Below, one piece after another: positions 30,410-39,491 of a stretch of DNA of 64,000 nt. The stretch lies in the sequence record OR769032.1; one strand, given 5' to 3'. The translations under genes were made by a program, and so were the position numbers. A model generated the notes under the pieces. That model saw only the letters and a list, made by a program, of their open reading frames with translations. It searched no databases and was not told the origin of the DNA. Source of the stretch: Escherichia phage JoYop. The first letter of the stretch is position 1, and every line of letters begins with the position of its first letter.

Positions 30410-31374
30410 TTTAATAATACCGTTTCAGCAATTTCTTCCCAATGGTTTTTGTCGGTCATAATAAAGTCAGCAAGATAAAGAGCAGTACGCAGTGAAACAT
30501 TGCGTAAACGATTAACATTAACTTTCATCCATGATAATGCTTTATAAGTTTCTTCATCAGAAAGACCACGTTTTTGCATCATGTCAGTTGAAAGAATAAC
30601 ATCTTCAACCCTGACCATAATTTCTTCATTAGTGTGAACACCTAAATCTAAATAAACTGAGCGGGACACTAATGCTTGTAAATGTGGAGCAAGTTTAGTT
30701 CCACGGTCTAATTCACGGTCAATGTCAACGTTTGTGATAAAAACAATCGTTCCTTTAAATTCAAACTCACGCTCAATGCCTTTTTCTTCTAAGTAAGAAG
30801 ATGCAGTGCTCCAGCAGACTTTACGGGTCTCTCCAGTGTCCAGAGCAGCTTTTAGAAGATTAAGAATGTCCATATCAGAGAAAACATCCACATCATCAAT
30901 TAAAAGGACAGAATTCTCTTCACGATTATTCCAGAGCTGCTCATAAAGACCGATACCAGAGATTTTACCATTAATGCTTTTATATTCAATGTATCCAACA
31001 TCATTTGCTTTATTTAAAGCTTTATCTAAAGAATACGTTTTACCAATACCTGCCGCACCAGAGATAATTAATGAACGAATGTTTCCGTTAATAATACCAT
31101 TCGTCATCATTCCCATAACATTAAATCTTTTATTAATGCGGGTTTTCATATCTTCATATGATTCTTTAACTTCTTCAACTTTTACACCATCATATGAAAT
31201 ATCTGATTTGTAAACCCAAACACCGCGACGCTTACCGTCAATTTCAACAAAAACTTTACCATCTCCTTGTGCATCTACCGGAGCATTATCTGGGAACCAT
31301 TCACCTAAGAGCTCAAAAGTTCCAGAGATTTCTTTACCGAAGTAGATACCCTTATTGATAGTTACAGTTTTCAT
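30406..31374 (-). CDS. P-loop NTPase
   Basis: Start at ATG 31372-31374 (MKTVTINKG); Walker A GAAGIGKT, Walker B LLIDDVD. Confidence 0.7.
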   Translation of the reverse strand: MKTVTINKGIYFGKEISGTFELLGEWFPDNAPVDAQGDGKVFVEIDGKRRGVWVYKSDISYDGVKVEEVKESYEDMKTRINKRFNVMGMMTNGIINGNIRSLIISGAAGIGKTYSLDKALNKANDVGYIEYKSINGKISGIGLYEQLWNNREENSVLLIDDVDVFSDMDILNLLKAALDTGETRKVCWSTASSYLEEKGIEREFEFKGTIVFITNVDIDRELDRGTKLAPHLQALVSRSVYLDLGVHTNEEIMVRVEDVILSTDMMQKRGLSDEETYKALSWMKVNVNRLRNVSLRTALYLADFIMTDKNHWEEIAETVLLK

Positions 31375-31395
31375 TTTGTTCTCCAAATCCGTATC

Positions 31396-31438
31396 AGTTG
31401 ATAGTTGTATAGTACCATAAAGCTTTATGCTTGTAAAC
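31396..31438 (-). promoter_or_regulatory. T4-type early promoter
   Basis: GTTTAC 31433-31438 plus conserved -10 block 31396-31416; 49 nt at 31368-31416 identical to 4026-4074. Confidence 0.6.
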
Positions 31439-31469
31439 TGTTTTGTGAAAAATTTTTAAAAATAAAAAA

Positions 31470-31487
31470 GGGAGCCCGAAGGCTCCC
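31470..31487 (-). terminator. UUCG-tetraloop hairpin
   Basis: gggagcc-cgaa-ggctccc. Confidence 0.5.
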
Positions 31488-31489
31488 TA

Positions 31490-32503
31490 TCATTTATAAT
31501 AACTTCGGTGGTTTTCAAGATAAACCTTCTCAAGGAAGTCATCCCAGAAACTCATGTCTACTTTTTGCTGCATACCGTTCTTAGAAGCTTCAGTAGATGC
31601 TGCTTCTACTTGATCGACCACATCTTCCAAAAACTCTTGAACCGTTTTAAACGGATGCTTACCCAACTTCACGTCGAGAATAAATGGAGCATCTTTGAGT
31701 GGATAGACCAAGTCACCAGTTTTGTAAATTTCCAATAGTTGGAGTCCACCACGACAAGCATGACTTAGTGCTTTCCAGTCAATACCTTCATTGGCTTCAG
31801 CCTTACGAGCACGTTCACCGTATTCAGCATCTAATTTGTTCAGTGACTGCTTAAGCTCAATAAGAGAAAGCGTTGTCTGATATTTACGACCCAACACAGT
31901 GTAGAACGTTTGAGGGCCTGTTTTCTCATGATTATGGAATACCCATTCACAGAATTCGTTTTCTGGAAGACGATGCTTAATATCTTCAACCTTGGTACGA
32001 CGCTGCTTAATATAACCATCTTCTTGATAGTCAACCCACTGATCAGGGATTTGATTAACTACTTTCAATACATCACGTAATGCAGCCAAACGAGAACCCT
32101 TAACGCCATATTTAGAAGCTTGCTTACGAACATATCCTAAATAGGATTTCATGTTAGTCGTATAAAAACGAGAACGGTTGTCTTGAATAAACTTCCATAC
32201 GTCAGGCAAATCAGATTTAACCACTAGTTCAGGTGGAGTGTGAAGCATATCTAATGCTACAGTTTCACCATCTGCTGCTAATTTAAAGAAATACTTAAGA
32301 CTATACAATTCGTGGTCAATATCATCTTTAGTGTTTTTAGATGATGTGTTGTTAGTGTTTTTACTCATGTGCTCTTTAACGTTTCCGATAAGAATATCAC
32401 GAGCAGGAGGAACAAAAATTTCTTTAAAATCTACATCAGATTCTGGAGTAGAAGTTCCATAAAGATGACTACCAAAATAGCTTTTCATTACTGTTTTCAT
32501 CAT
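31490..32503 (-). CDS. Pol-beta-superfamily nucleotidyltransferase-like protein
   Basis: 337 aa; N-terminal GSHLYGTSTPESDVDF (GS-x9-11-DxD motif) followed by a helical domain. Confidence 0.6.
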   Translation of the reverse strand: MMKTVMKSYFGSHLYGTSTPESDVDFKEIFVPPARDILIGNVKEHMSKNTNNTSSKNTKDDIDHELYSLKYFFKLAADGETVALDMLHTPPELVVKSDLPDVWKFIQDNRSRFYTTNMKSYLGYVRKQASKYGVKGSRLAALRDVLKVVNQIPDQWVDYQEDGYIKQRRTKVEDIKHRLPENEFCEWVFHNHEKTGPQTFYTVLGRKYQTTLSLIELKQSLNKLDAEYGERARKAEANEGIDWKALSHACRGGLQLLEIYKTGDLVYPLKDAPFILDVKLGKHPFKTVQEFLEDVVDQVEAASTEASKNGMQQKVDMSFWDDFLEKVYLENHRSYYK

Positions 32504-32961
32504 TCAGCCTTATATTCAATAACAGGACATACTTTAGCTTTACGCGCTTTTAAAAATTCGATAATAAGAGATTTCTTGGGTTGAATAGGAGGTAAATCTT
32601 TATACGCTCTATTAATATTTTCTACGTGTAAAGCATAATCCTTTTTCCATTTATAATTTTTATATTTTTCACGCAAATGCGCAGGAATAACAAATGAACC
32701 GATAATAAGTAAAACAACCAAAAGAGCAAGTATAAATGCCGATGGAAGAAGAGTCCATAAACTACCGAAAATAAGCCAACGTTGTAGACTTTCTGCACAA
32801 ATAATTGTTAGCCCTACGAGTATAGCACACCCAAAAATAGAAACGAAAAATGTAGGGATAGCAATAGACCAAAAGTATGCACATAGTGTCTTAGGTCGTT
32901 GCCATTCGTCGTTAAACAATTTGAACAATTTATAGTGCCAGGAGTTTTCATTAATAATCAT
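32500..32961 (-). CDS. multi-pass membrane protein
   Basis: 153 aa; three or four hydrophobic segments. Confidence 0.55.
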   Translation of the reverse strand: MIINENSWHYKLFKLFNDEWQRPKTLCAYFWSIAIPTFFVSIFGCAILVGLTIICAESLQRWLIFGSLWTLLPSAFILALLVVLLIIGSFVIPAHLREKYKNYKWKKDYALHVENINRAYKDLPPIQPKKSLIIEFLKARKAKVCPVIEYKAE

Positions 32962-32963
32962 AA

Positions 32964-33485
32964 TTATCCTTTCATTGAAGGTGTAACAGTTGTTAAATAC
33001 TTAATCATAGCTTCAGCTTCTGATTTTGATAATGAAATTTCTCCATTGTTTTGACGAATAGAAATAAAATCCGGATGACGGTCACCACCAGCTTTTAAAA
33101 CACACATATAAGTATCAGTTTCATCTTCAATATCTGAAATGATTGAAGCAGTTCCGCATGAATGCGGTTTTTGATAAATCAATACAGCTTTTCTTCCACC
33201 GTTTGACTGTTCATAAACTTTTAATACATCAAACAAATCAGTTCTTTTATCAATAGCTAAAATGTTATTTTCATCTTCAATGTTAAATCCTTCGGATACT
33301 TCATAAAGCGTTACCCATAAATCGCCAATATCAATAACAGCATTTACGTTTCCACGACTTTCAAGAGTATGACAAATTTTCTTGATTTCATCATAACTCA
33401 TTTTAATAATATCATCTCCTTGAATAAGGAAAATATCATTTTTAAATTCAACACGAATTAAACCACTTTCACTTGAAATATACAT
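32964..33485 (-). CDS. hypothetical protein, paralog 1
   Basis: 173 aa; C-terminus ISIRQNNGEISLSKSEAEAMIKYLTTVTPSMKG resembles the next gene. Confidence 0.55.
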   Translation of the reverse strand: MYISSESGLIRVEFKNDIFLIQGDDIIKMSYDEIKKICHTLESRGNVNAVIDIGDLWVTLYEVSEGFNIEDENNILAIDKRTDLFDVLKVYEQSNGGRKAVLIYQKPHSCGTASIISDIEDETDTYMCVLKAGGDRHPDFISIRQNNGEISLSKSEAEAMIKYLTTVTPSMKG

Positions 33486-33491
33486 ATTTCC

Positions 33492-34037
33492 TCACTTTGA
33501 AATCATAGTTGGAATGACAGAATCAAGATAAGTCTTTAGCGCAATAGCTTCGTCTTTGTTTAATGTAATGATATGTGATCGAAAATCGTCAATTTGACGA
33601 ATAGATACTACATCTCCCTCTTCATAGCATTTTGACACATTTAAAATAGTTTCATCATTCTGATTACAGGAGTTAGTAATAATAGCATTACATTTTTTAA
33701 ACCATTTTAAATTATGTTTTCTTTTAGTAGAATCATAAAAATATTTAATCTTAGTTATAAAATTATCCCAATTATTAATTGATAAGCATATTGACTCGCT
33801 TTCAATGTTAAATCCTGGGCATAAAGAATAAAAATGAATTTTATGCTCATCATTAATGCTTACAATTTTATCAGTATAAGGATTTTCAATTTGGGTTAAA
33901 TGAATGATTTCACTAGGCGTAAAATATAGCATATCGTCTTCTTGCGTCAAACGATACATATTATTTACTTTTTCTATAGCCAATTCACCAAAAAGTGAAC
34001 TAACTTCTAATACTAATCGTTTCGCCTCTCCCATCAT
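33492..34037 (-). CDS. hypothetical protein, paralog 2
   Basis: 181 aa; C-terminus VSIRQIDDFRSHIITLNKDEAIALKTYLDSVIPTMISK. Confidence 0.55.
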   Translation of the reverse strand: MMGEAKRLVLEVSSLFGELAIEKVNNMYRLTQEDDMLYFTPSEIIHLTQIENPYTDKIVSINDEHKIHFYSLCPGFNIESESICLSINNWDNFITKIKYFYDSTKRKHNLKWFKKCNAIITNSCNQNDETILNVSKCYEEGDVVSIRQIDDFRSHIITLNKDEAIALKTYLDSVIPTMISK

Positions 34038-34201
34038 TACATACTCCTCTGAATCATATCAATAATGTTGTTCACCAAATTATAAGTAAACATTGGGTAA
34101 TTATATTGAATCATCACATACACAACAAGCAAAACTTTCATTCTCTTCTCCTTGGCAGTTGACAAGATTACTATACCATAACCTTGCCAACTTGTAAACC
34201 A

Positions 34202-34375
34202 TTAAATGACGTTTTCGATAAAATTCTGAAGCTTTGTGTGAGCATCAACCATGATTTTCATTTCTTCTTTGGCGAAAGCTGTACCTCTTTCCCGAGAAGA
34301 ATATTCATAGTCAGAAACTGCATTAGCATATTCTTCAATTAGCTTCATTAAAAACATCTGCTTTTCAGTTTTCAT
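34202..34375 (-). CDS. hypothetical small protein
   Basis: 57-aa minus ORF MKTEKQMFLMKLIEEYANAV... with RBS AGGTGG; hand-translated. Confidence 0.35.
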   Translation of the reverse strand: MKTEKQMFLMKLIEEYANAVSDYEYSSRERGTAFAKEEMKIMVDAHTKLQNFIENVI

Positions 34376-34559
34376 TATTCCACCTAATCATTTCAAGATA
34401 TTGAACTAACTTAGCTTTGGATTTATCCAAATCCTTTTTAGCTGCTTCTATACCGTCGTATGAATATCCTTCACAATGCTCAACTGCTAATTGGTATGAA
34501 TCTATTTCAATATCACGTGCTAATTTAATGATTTTTTCAAACTGTTCACGTGTCAGCAT
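34365..34559 (-). CDS. hypothetical protein
   Basis: 64-aa ORF. Confidence 0.45.
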   Translation of the reverse strand: MLTREQFEKIIKLARDIEIDSYQLAVEHCEGYSYDGIEAAKKDLDKSKAKLVQYLEMIRWNNEN

Positions 34560-34561
34560 AC

Positions 34562-34801
34562 TTAAACTCTCGTATTATGATCGATAATTTCATCAAGAAA
34601 CATATCTAAAGCTTCTACAGCATTATCAACTTTAGCTTCAAATTCATCAATACCTTTATTTGCAATACCAGATGAAGCCCAAGCAAAGTCGCTAAGTTCC
34701 TCATCTGCTTTACGAATTAAAGCTACTAATTCTTTAATCTTATCCGCTTGTTCGATACTAATCATTATTCCACCACATATGAAAGAGAGAATATTGCACA
34801 C
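34562..34801 (-). CDS. hypothetical protein
   Basis: 79-aa ORF. Confidence 0.45.
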
Positions 34802-34953
34802 GCCATGTGAGTTGCAACTTCATCACACATATTATAGCGTTTCTTAAGAAGTTCTACAAGTTCTTCACTAGTAACTTCATCCATGTCGACGAAAAAATCA
34901 CCATTAATGATGACGTAGATATTTCCTTCTTGATTGAGTGCTTCAATTTTCAT
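34765..34953 (-). CDS. hypothetical protein
   Basis: Start at ATG 34951-34953 ([10 protein letters not shown]) with RBS GAGGAG; 62 aa. Confidence 0.5.
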
Positions 34954-34971
34954 GATGTTCTCCTCTTTATC

Positions 34972-35011
34972 TGATAGTTGTATAGTACCACAGCTCAAAC
35001 GGAAAGTAAAC
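34972..35011 (-). promoter_or_regulatory. T4-type early promoter
   Basis: GTTTAC 35006-35011 plus conserved -10 block 34972-34990. Confidence 0.55.
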
Positions 35012-35026
35012 CGGTAAAATGAAAAA

Positions 35027-35044
35027 AGTCTCCCGAAGGAGACT
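35027..35044 (-). terminator. UUCG-tetraloop hairpin
   Basis: agtctcc-cgaa-ggagact. Confidence 0.45.
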
Positions 35045-35048
35045 AATG

Positions 35049-35435
35049 TTATTCGAGGGAAAGAAGATATTTACTTTGATAAAACATTCCAGTAATATCA
35101 TCTATCGTGCTTTGAATGGCTGGAGGCATTTCTTTATAAATGCTGTTAGATTGGTCTAGTATGTGATCAATCATTTTAATTGTATCGGTAGGAAGTTTAC
35201 TAGCATCTGGAATTGAAGGAGTGTATTTTCTACCAGAATACCCCAAATACTGCTCACCAAATTTGTCAATCAAATCTGGTAACTCAGAAAAAATAAAATC
35301 GTATGCTTTGTGTCTAGCATAGCTTTTAGTTTCAAAATGTGCAGAATGAAAATAAGCTTGTGCAGCCATTAATAAACCTAAGTATTCATCTGCCTTTGAA
35401 GGTTTTCCACTTTGTGAAAAGTCGCTGAATTTCAT
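35049..35435 (-). CDS. hypothetical protein (rI.-1 position)
   Basis: 128-aa ORF immediately upstream of rI. Confidence 0.55.
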
Positions 35436-35725
35436 TCAGTCTCCAATTTAATGTTCATAATTCTAGCGTATGATTGTGCCATCTCCGCGCCTCGTTCTAT
35501 ACATTCAAAATCAGAAGAGCACGGGTCATTTTTATAGGTCGTTCTCATAAAACTATAGAATTGTTCAGACGATTCTACGCTTTTGTTTTCAAAAAGTGTA
35601 TAAACATGTCTAATACCAGATTCCATAAATTTATCAAAATGAGGATCGACATTCGCTTCAATAGATGGAGATAAAACAAATGACAATCCTAGCATGGCAA
35701 ATAGTGCCGTTGCTTTTAAGGCCAT
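35432..35725 (-). CDS. rI: lysis inhibition regulator rI
   Basis: 97 aa; signal-anchor start MALKATALFAMLGLSFVLSPS; matches T4 RI as recalled. Confidence 0.88.
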   Translation of the reverse strand: MALKATALFAMLGLSFVLSPSIEANVDPHFDKFMESGIRHVYTLFENKSVESSEQFYSFMRTTYKNDPCSSDFECIERGAEMAQSYARIMNIKLETE

Positions 35726-35737
35726 AAAGGCCTCCTA

Positions 35738-35950
35738 TCATTTTTGTCCTGTATTTACTTTATGCCGATGCACGGCCTTAACTTTATCAAGGTATTTTTC
35801 AAAATTTCGCAATCTGGTATAGTCTGCCGGAGATTGGTTGATTGATACTTCTCGACGCAAAGCTGAAATAACATTTCCAACTTCTCTACGAATTTCATCT
35901 AATTGAAGCACAGTAAGATTGCGAAGTTGCTTTTCAGTTAATTGTAGCAT
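35738..35950 (-). CDS. hypothetical protein (rI.1 position)
   Basis: 70-aa ORF. Confidence 0.5.
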   Translation of the reverse strand: MLQLTEKQLRNLTVLQLDEIRREVGNVISALRREVSINQSPADYTRLRNFEKYLDKVKAVHRHKVNTGQK

Positions 35951-35992
35951 ATATACCCCTTTAGTTAGATAAACCTATTTATAACTTTTGCG

Positions 35993-36574
35993 CTAATCTA
36001 GCTTTTTAGTTAATTCGTTCCAATGTTTTCTACATAAAGATACGTAAATTTCATCACCAATACAAATTTGATCGCCTTCTTTAACTGGGGTTCCATCTTC
36101 CATTAATCGAGCGGTCATAATAGCTTTTTTACCACAGTGACAAACCGCTTTAAGCTCAATAAGTTTATCAGCAATCGCCAAAAGTTCTTTAGAACCTTCA
36201 AATAACTTTCCTGCGAAATCAGTTCTTAATCCATAAGCCATAACAGGAACATTATATGTATCAACAATTCGGCTTAATTGGTGTACTTGTTCAGTTTTTA
36301 AAAACTGAGCTTCATCTACAAATACGCAATGAATATCTTTTTGTGCTTCAGCCCATTTATAGAACTCGAAAATATCCATATCATCCGTAATAATATTCGC
36401 TTCCTGTTTAATTCCAATGCGAGAAACAACTTCACAAACAGAATCGCGAGTATCAATAGCAGGTTTAAGAACTAATACACCCATTCCACGTTCTTTATAA
36501 TTATGCGCAGCAGTCAAAAGAGAAGCAGATTTTCCAGCATTCATTGCTGCATAAGTAAAAATTAAACTCGCCAT
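35993..36574 (-). CDS. tk: thymidine kinase
   Basis: 193 aa; P-loop AAMNAGKS; matches T4 Tk as recalled. Confidence 0.93.
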   Translation of the reverse strand: MASLIFTYAAMNAGKSASLLTAAHNYKERGMGVLVLKPAIDTRDSVCEVVSRIGIKQEANIITDDMDIFEFYKWAEAQKDIHCVFVDEAQFLKTEQVHQLSRIVDTYNVPVMAYGLRTDFAGKLFEGSKELLAIADKLIELKAVCHCGKKAIMTARLMEDGTPVKEGDQICIGDEIYVSLCRKHWNELTKKLD

Positions 36575-36583
36575 ATCACCTTC

Positions 36584-36769
36584 TTAAAGCGTATTCACAT
36601 AAGCTATTAATTCATTTTCTTTCTTATCAAACCGATCAGCAAATTCTTCCTGCTGTTCGGGAGATAGCGGGCCGTATTCATCATAAAAGGTGTTTGCTTC
36701 TGTATGCTCATCTAGAAGTTCATGGATAAGCTCAAACAATTTATCTTTTTGTTCTTTACTTAGGCTCAT
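36584..36769 (-). CDS. hypothetical acidic protein
   Basis: 61-aa ORF. Confidence 0.45.
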   Translation of the reverse strand: MSLSKEQKDKLFELIHELLDEHTEANTFYDEYGPLSPEQQEEFADRFDKKENELIAYVNTL

Positions 36770-36935
36770 ATATTAATTTCCAAAAGTTTTAAAATAATTC
36801 GCTTTTGCTTAAATATTTCCATAGTTAAATGATCAGTATCTTTTTGACCAATTCCAATAGCAAAACCTTTATTAACAGCGAGTTCAATCAAATTATCAAT
36901 TTCACGCAACACTTCATATTGCATCTCAGAATTAT

Positions 36936-37142
36936 TCATTTCGGTTTGCCTTCTTTAACGAAATCTGGATAAGGATAAAACCCCGAATAAAATCCTTCAC
37001 CTTTATGATTGATGCATCCTTTATTAGAACAATAGCACCAATAATCAAAATCACAAGCCATTTCATCATTACATAAAGCAAAGACAACTGGCCATTTACA
37101 CTTTCCACAATGGGCATTTTTAAGAATACTAGTTTGGCTCAT
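36936..37142 (-). CDS. cysteine-rich small protein
   Basis: About 68 aa from MSQTSILK; multiple CxxC-type pairs (CGKCKW...CYCSNKGC). Confidence 0.45.
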   Translation of the reverse strand: MSQTSILKNAHCGKCKWPVVFALCNDEMACDFDYWCYCSNKGCINHKGEGFYSGFYPYPDFVKEGKPK

Positions 37143-37351
37143 AACCATGTAACCTTTAAGCAATATTCTTCTACGTGTTGTTTACGACCTTTCTTATCAA
37201 TAAAAGTATATTCAACGAATGTTCCAATATAGTCTTTATCTACATCATGTGGACTATTAATTGGGCATTTAGTACGGCAAATGCGTTCCCATTGACGAAT
37301 AATTTCCACTTTGTTTTTAGGGTCAAATGGATGCGGGTAATGTGCTTTCAT
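37139..37351 (-). CDS. hypothetical protein
   Basis: 70-aa ORF. Confidence 0.45.
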   Translation of the reverse strand: MKAHYPHPFDPKNKVEIIRQWERICRTKCPINSPHDVDKDYIGTFVEYTFIDKKGRKQHVEEYCLKVTWL

Positions 37352-37802
37352 AATCTACCACTATTAAATCAATATCAGGAGTAAACATGTCGATTAATTT
37401 AGAAACCTTATCCCAATCACCGCCAGCAATACCACAACCTATACGTGGAATGTAAATTACCGGTTTAAACAAAAGGGTTTCTGCCTGCAGATTTAATTCT
37501 ATCATACAGTTTACTAAAGCACCATAATCAAGATTAGGACCTGGTTCATATTGCGTATACAGGTTGTAACATATGCCAAAACCATTAGGTTTATGTTTAA
37601 AAACTATAGACATATCACCGAGTTTTTCACGCGAACCATATTCAGTTGTAGTCTTATCTATTTCTAAAATTTTAGGATAAGCCCTTGCTAATTGACCAGC
37701 TACACCACTGCCCATCGTATGAAAACAGTTGCACCCGTGCGCAATAATATTACCTTCAAGAAAGAGGGCGACAATATCGCCCTTGATATATTTTACAATC
37801 AT
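37323..37802 (-). CDS. macro-domain-like protein (putative ADP-ribose binding or hydrolase)
   Basis: 159 aa; KGDIVALFLEGNIIAHGCNCFHTMGSGVAG and later IPRIGCGIAGGDW parallel the macro-domain GDIT...NAAN...GGGV and ...GxGxxG blocks. Confidence 0.5.
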   Translation of the reverse strand: MIVKYIKGDIVALFLEGNIIAHGCNCFHTMGSGVAGQLARAYPKILEIDKTTTEYGSREKLGDMSIVFKHKPNGFGICYNLYTQYEPGPNLDYGALVNCMIELNLQAETLLFKPVIYIPRIGCGIAGGDWDKVSKLIDMFTPDIDLIVVDYESTLPASI

Positions 37803-38146
37803 CTAGTACTCAATCCTCGATTATAAGAATCTACTAAACGGTCAACCATTGAACGACAAGCGGCTTTGTCTTTTTCCTCCGCAACTGAACATTCTAAGGT
37901 ATTCCACTTTTTAGCATATCGTTTTAATAATGTATCGTTTTTGTATCTACTTGTTTTATCTCTTTCTCCGTCTTTATATGCATATATTAATTTCTGCGCA
38001 AACTCAGATTGACATGCTTTATTTTTCCCACAATAATCTGCCGCAGTGCGGTTCACATACTCCCTAATTTCAGTATATGATGTATCTGCTGACGCATAAG
38101 CAGAAAATGAAATTAATCCTATACATAAAACCAAAATTTTAGTCAT
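37799..38146 (-). CDS. secreted cysteine-containing protein (T4 vs position)
   Basis: 115 aa; N-terminal signal peptide MTKILVLCIGLISFSAYASA; four Cys. Confidence 0.55.
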   Translation of the reverse strand: MTKILVLCIGLISFSAYASADTSYTEIREYVNRTAADYCGKNKACQSEFAQKLIYAYKDGERDKTSRYKNDTLLKRYAKKWNTLECSVAEEKDKAACRSMVDRLVDSYNRGLSTR

Positions 38147-38684
38147 TTACTATTTCCAAAAGTTTATTATTTTTAAGGTAATTAGCCTTTTCTAGGACTT
38201 CAGAAGCATATTTAGAACCTGCTTTAACATTCCATCCCGAATTATAAGAGGATATTGCTTTTCTTATATCGCCCTTATGTATATTTAACCAATAAGAAAG
38301 TTCAATGTACGCCCATGAAGCTGAATTGGATCGTTTATTCAACATTCTTTTTATTTCAGCATCGGTCATATTATAACCAAGTTCCTTAACTCTTGCTCTC
38401 ATAGTAGGCAAATAATTTTGGAACATTCCATAAGCGTGATGCTTTGGTTTAGATTTTAAATTAACTCCGCCAGAGCTTTCTTGCCATAAAATGGCTGCCA
38501 TTATATGACCTAATCCACTCTTATGAACATTTTGGTGTGTTTTATATTTTCCATCCTTAGAAAACTGTTCCCCGAATTGATACGCGTAACGCATGTTATC
38601 GAGTTGGACATTACTGAAAGTATGCTCGGAGCTATGTGCCATCATTGAAATGGCCAATAGACCAGCGAGTAGTGCTTTTCTCAT
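38139..38684 (-). CDS. secreted lytic-transglycosylase-like protein
   Basis: 181 aa; signal peptide; AAILWQESSGG resembles the SLT catalytic Glu-Ser block. Confidence 0.55.
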   Translation of the reverse strand: MRKALLAGLLAISMMAHSSEHTFSNVQLDNMRYAYQFGEQFSKDGKYKTHQNVHKSGLGHIMAAILWQESSGGVNLKSKPKHHAYGMFQNYLPTMRARVKELGYNMTDAEIKRMLNKRSNSASWAYIELSYWLNIHKGDIRKAISSYNSGWNVKAGSKYASEVLEKANYLKNNKLLEIVND

Positions 38685-38691
38685 GTTTGCC

Positions 38692-39153
38692 TCATTGAGT
38701 TTTAATTACTGCTTTAGAAGCCTTTCCTGGTAAACGACGACTGTTGATAATTGCCATCCTGCATTGAAGTGACGGGTCTTTGAACTTCTCATTAGGTTTA
38801 CAAACCGTAAATCCAAGCCAAAGATTTCCATCAGTGATTTCTAAACGTCCAGGGCGATATTCAATTCCATCGATAAAATCTTCATCAATATCAGGACGCG
38901 GAGGCATACTCAGGAATTCATTAACTTCTAAAACATGGTCTTTTATTTTATGGAATAATTCAAAAACATATGTCTCATCAATCTCCCGTTGAATTGCACG
39001 ATCAAGAAGATGCTGAGAATATTTTAGATGAAACGATGAGACCCCTGCTGCTTTTGATGCCTCACGAATCTCATTGTTAATTTGACGAAACTCCGACTCA
39101 AAGTGACGACGAAGCTTATTTCGACGGATAAAAACTTCTGTGTTGATAGTCAT
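38692..39153 (-). CDS. regB: RegB site-specific endoribonuclease
   Basis: 153 aa; matches T4 RegB in length and position; sequence consistent with recall. Confidence 0.85.
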   Translation of the reverse strand: MTINTEVFIRRNKLRRHFESEFRQINNEIREASKAAGVSSFHLKYSQHLLDRAIQREIDETYVFELFHKIKDHVLEVNEFLSMPPRPDIDEDFIDGIEYRPGRLEITDGNLWLGFTVCKPNEKFKDPSLQCRMAIINSRRLPGKASKAVIKTQ

Positions 39154-39179
39154 GTTATTCTCCTCTTAACTGATAGAAA

Positions 39180-39210
39180 AATTATACCACAGTCAAGAGG
39201 AAAAGTAAAC
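39180..39210 (-). promoter_or_regulatory. T4-type early promoter upstream of regB
   Basis: GTTTAC 39205-39210 with tggtataat-like -10. Confidence 0.5.
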
Positions 39211-39212
39211 AG

Positions 39213-39491
39213 TTATTCTTTAAATCTGATCAATTTATTCATAGACTTTGAAACTTCTGCACGAACCTCATGCAGATTTTTGAGCTGTTCAAGACGCTGC
39301 GTATAGTAAGCAATTTCATCTTCTTCAAGACAGTCCTGCGAATCTTCTTTAAGATAGCGTGCATAATCCTGGAAAGCATTACGAATTACTTCTTGGAAGT
39401 CATCAAGACTTTGAATTTTCTTAGGAGCGGCAGATACACGACGAGGTGCAGTATAATACTCATAACCAAACCCTGCGCTTAATTGAGCCAT
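39213..39491 (-). CDS. hypothetical protein (vs.3 position)
   Basis: About 92 aa from [13 protein letters not shown]. Confidence 0.5.
   Translation of the reverse strand: MAQLSAGFGYEYYTAPRRVSAAPKKIQSLDDFQEVIRNAFQDYARYLKEDSQDCLEEDEIAYYTQRLEQLKNLHEVRAEVSKSMNKLIRFKE

Noticed and set aside
3795-31386. Track ORFs starting MENKMK... at 4043 and 31386, MESVYMK at 43337, MENEMD at 47278
   Set aside because: The first codon on the minus strand is TTG, not ATG; the ATG a few codons in has a proper RBS, so the shorter starts were used.
36932-37117. 61-aa minus ORF
   Set aside because: Alternative frame of the cysteine-rich ORF 36936-37142; hydrophobic low-complexity translation and no RBS.
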